Source: Phoronis australis (taxonomy: Eukaryota; Animalia; Phoronida). Taken from it: DNA of 64,000 nt. Made by a program: the position numbers and the translations under genes. Positions 63,621 through 64,000 of the stretch are shown here, one piece after another. Position 1 is the stretch's first letter. Each line of letters starts with the position of its first letter. The notes under the pieces are model-generated. The model searched no databases. It had not been told where the DNA came from and was given only the letters and a program-made list of their open reading frames with translations. The stretch is taken from NCBI GenBank assembly GCA_002633005.1, contig NMRA01000211.1, positions 60,816 to 124,815 on the forward strand, in the 5' to 3' direction.

Positions 63621-64000
63621 GTCCCAATGTGTGAACGCTTGAAACCCGAATTACTAACATCAAATATATGCCCATGGGCATGGGCGTTTCGTCGGGTGGG
63701 CCTTTCTGCGGAAATTCCCACTATAGAAAACCTCAGTGGTGCTTATTGCAGGTAGAAAGACGGTAGGTGTTGAGGTCGGCACTAGGGCTCCTTAGAAGGC
63801 CCATTGAACATCGCACGAGTCCCGCAAGACTTTGTTGTGAAAATACAGCCTCCCCGCAATTTCTGGTACTGTATACTGTTCGCGAATGCGGTCACTTTGT
63901 TAATGTGAGTGCCCCCTTGGTCATTCCTTGTATAGACATAACTTGTTAGAGTGCCATGATCTTCAAACAGACTCGCGACCAGACCACGGCGCCCGCCACA

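Overview
AT-rich, intron-containing invertebrate (lophotrochozoan-like) genomic DNA from a draft assembly. It has six single-N joins, several flanked by duplicated sequence. Positions 1-17 kb are mostly transposon debris, including a 5'-truncated LINE and MITEs. A complete 5-exon B3GAT-type glucuronosyltransferase gene lies at 18.2-25.1 kb (+). A minus-strand gene with repeated Cys-rich pacifastin/VWC-like exons lies at 28.4-31.8 kb. The main feature is a gap-free, ~26-kb head-to-tail array (36-62 kb, all +) of Dada-superfamily DNA transposons inserted into 5S rRNA sequence at GGGAAT (ATTCCC on +). It contains one apparently intact 7.5-kb element encoding a 10-exon, 1337-aa C2H2-finger/DDE transposase, one frameshifted full copy, deletion and chimeric derivatives, and end remnants. 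The element ends mimic the 5S C-box region. The full-length, deleted and chimeric copies each carry a ~110-nt covarying, pseudoknotted RNA-like motif near the 3' end (just behind AATAAA where that signal survives) that I cannot assign to a known family.
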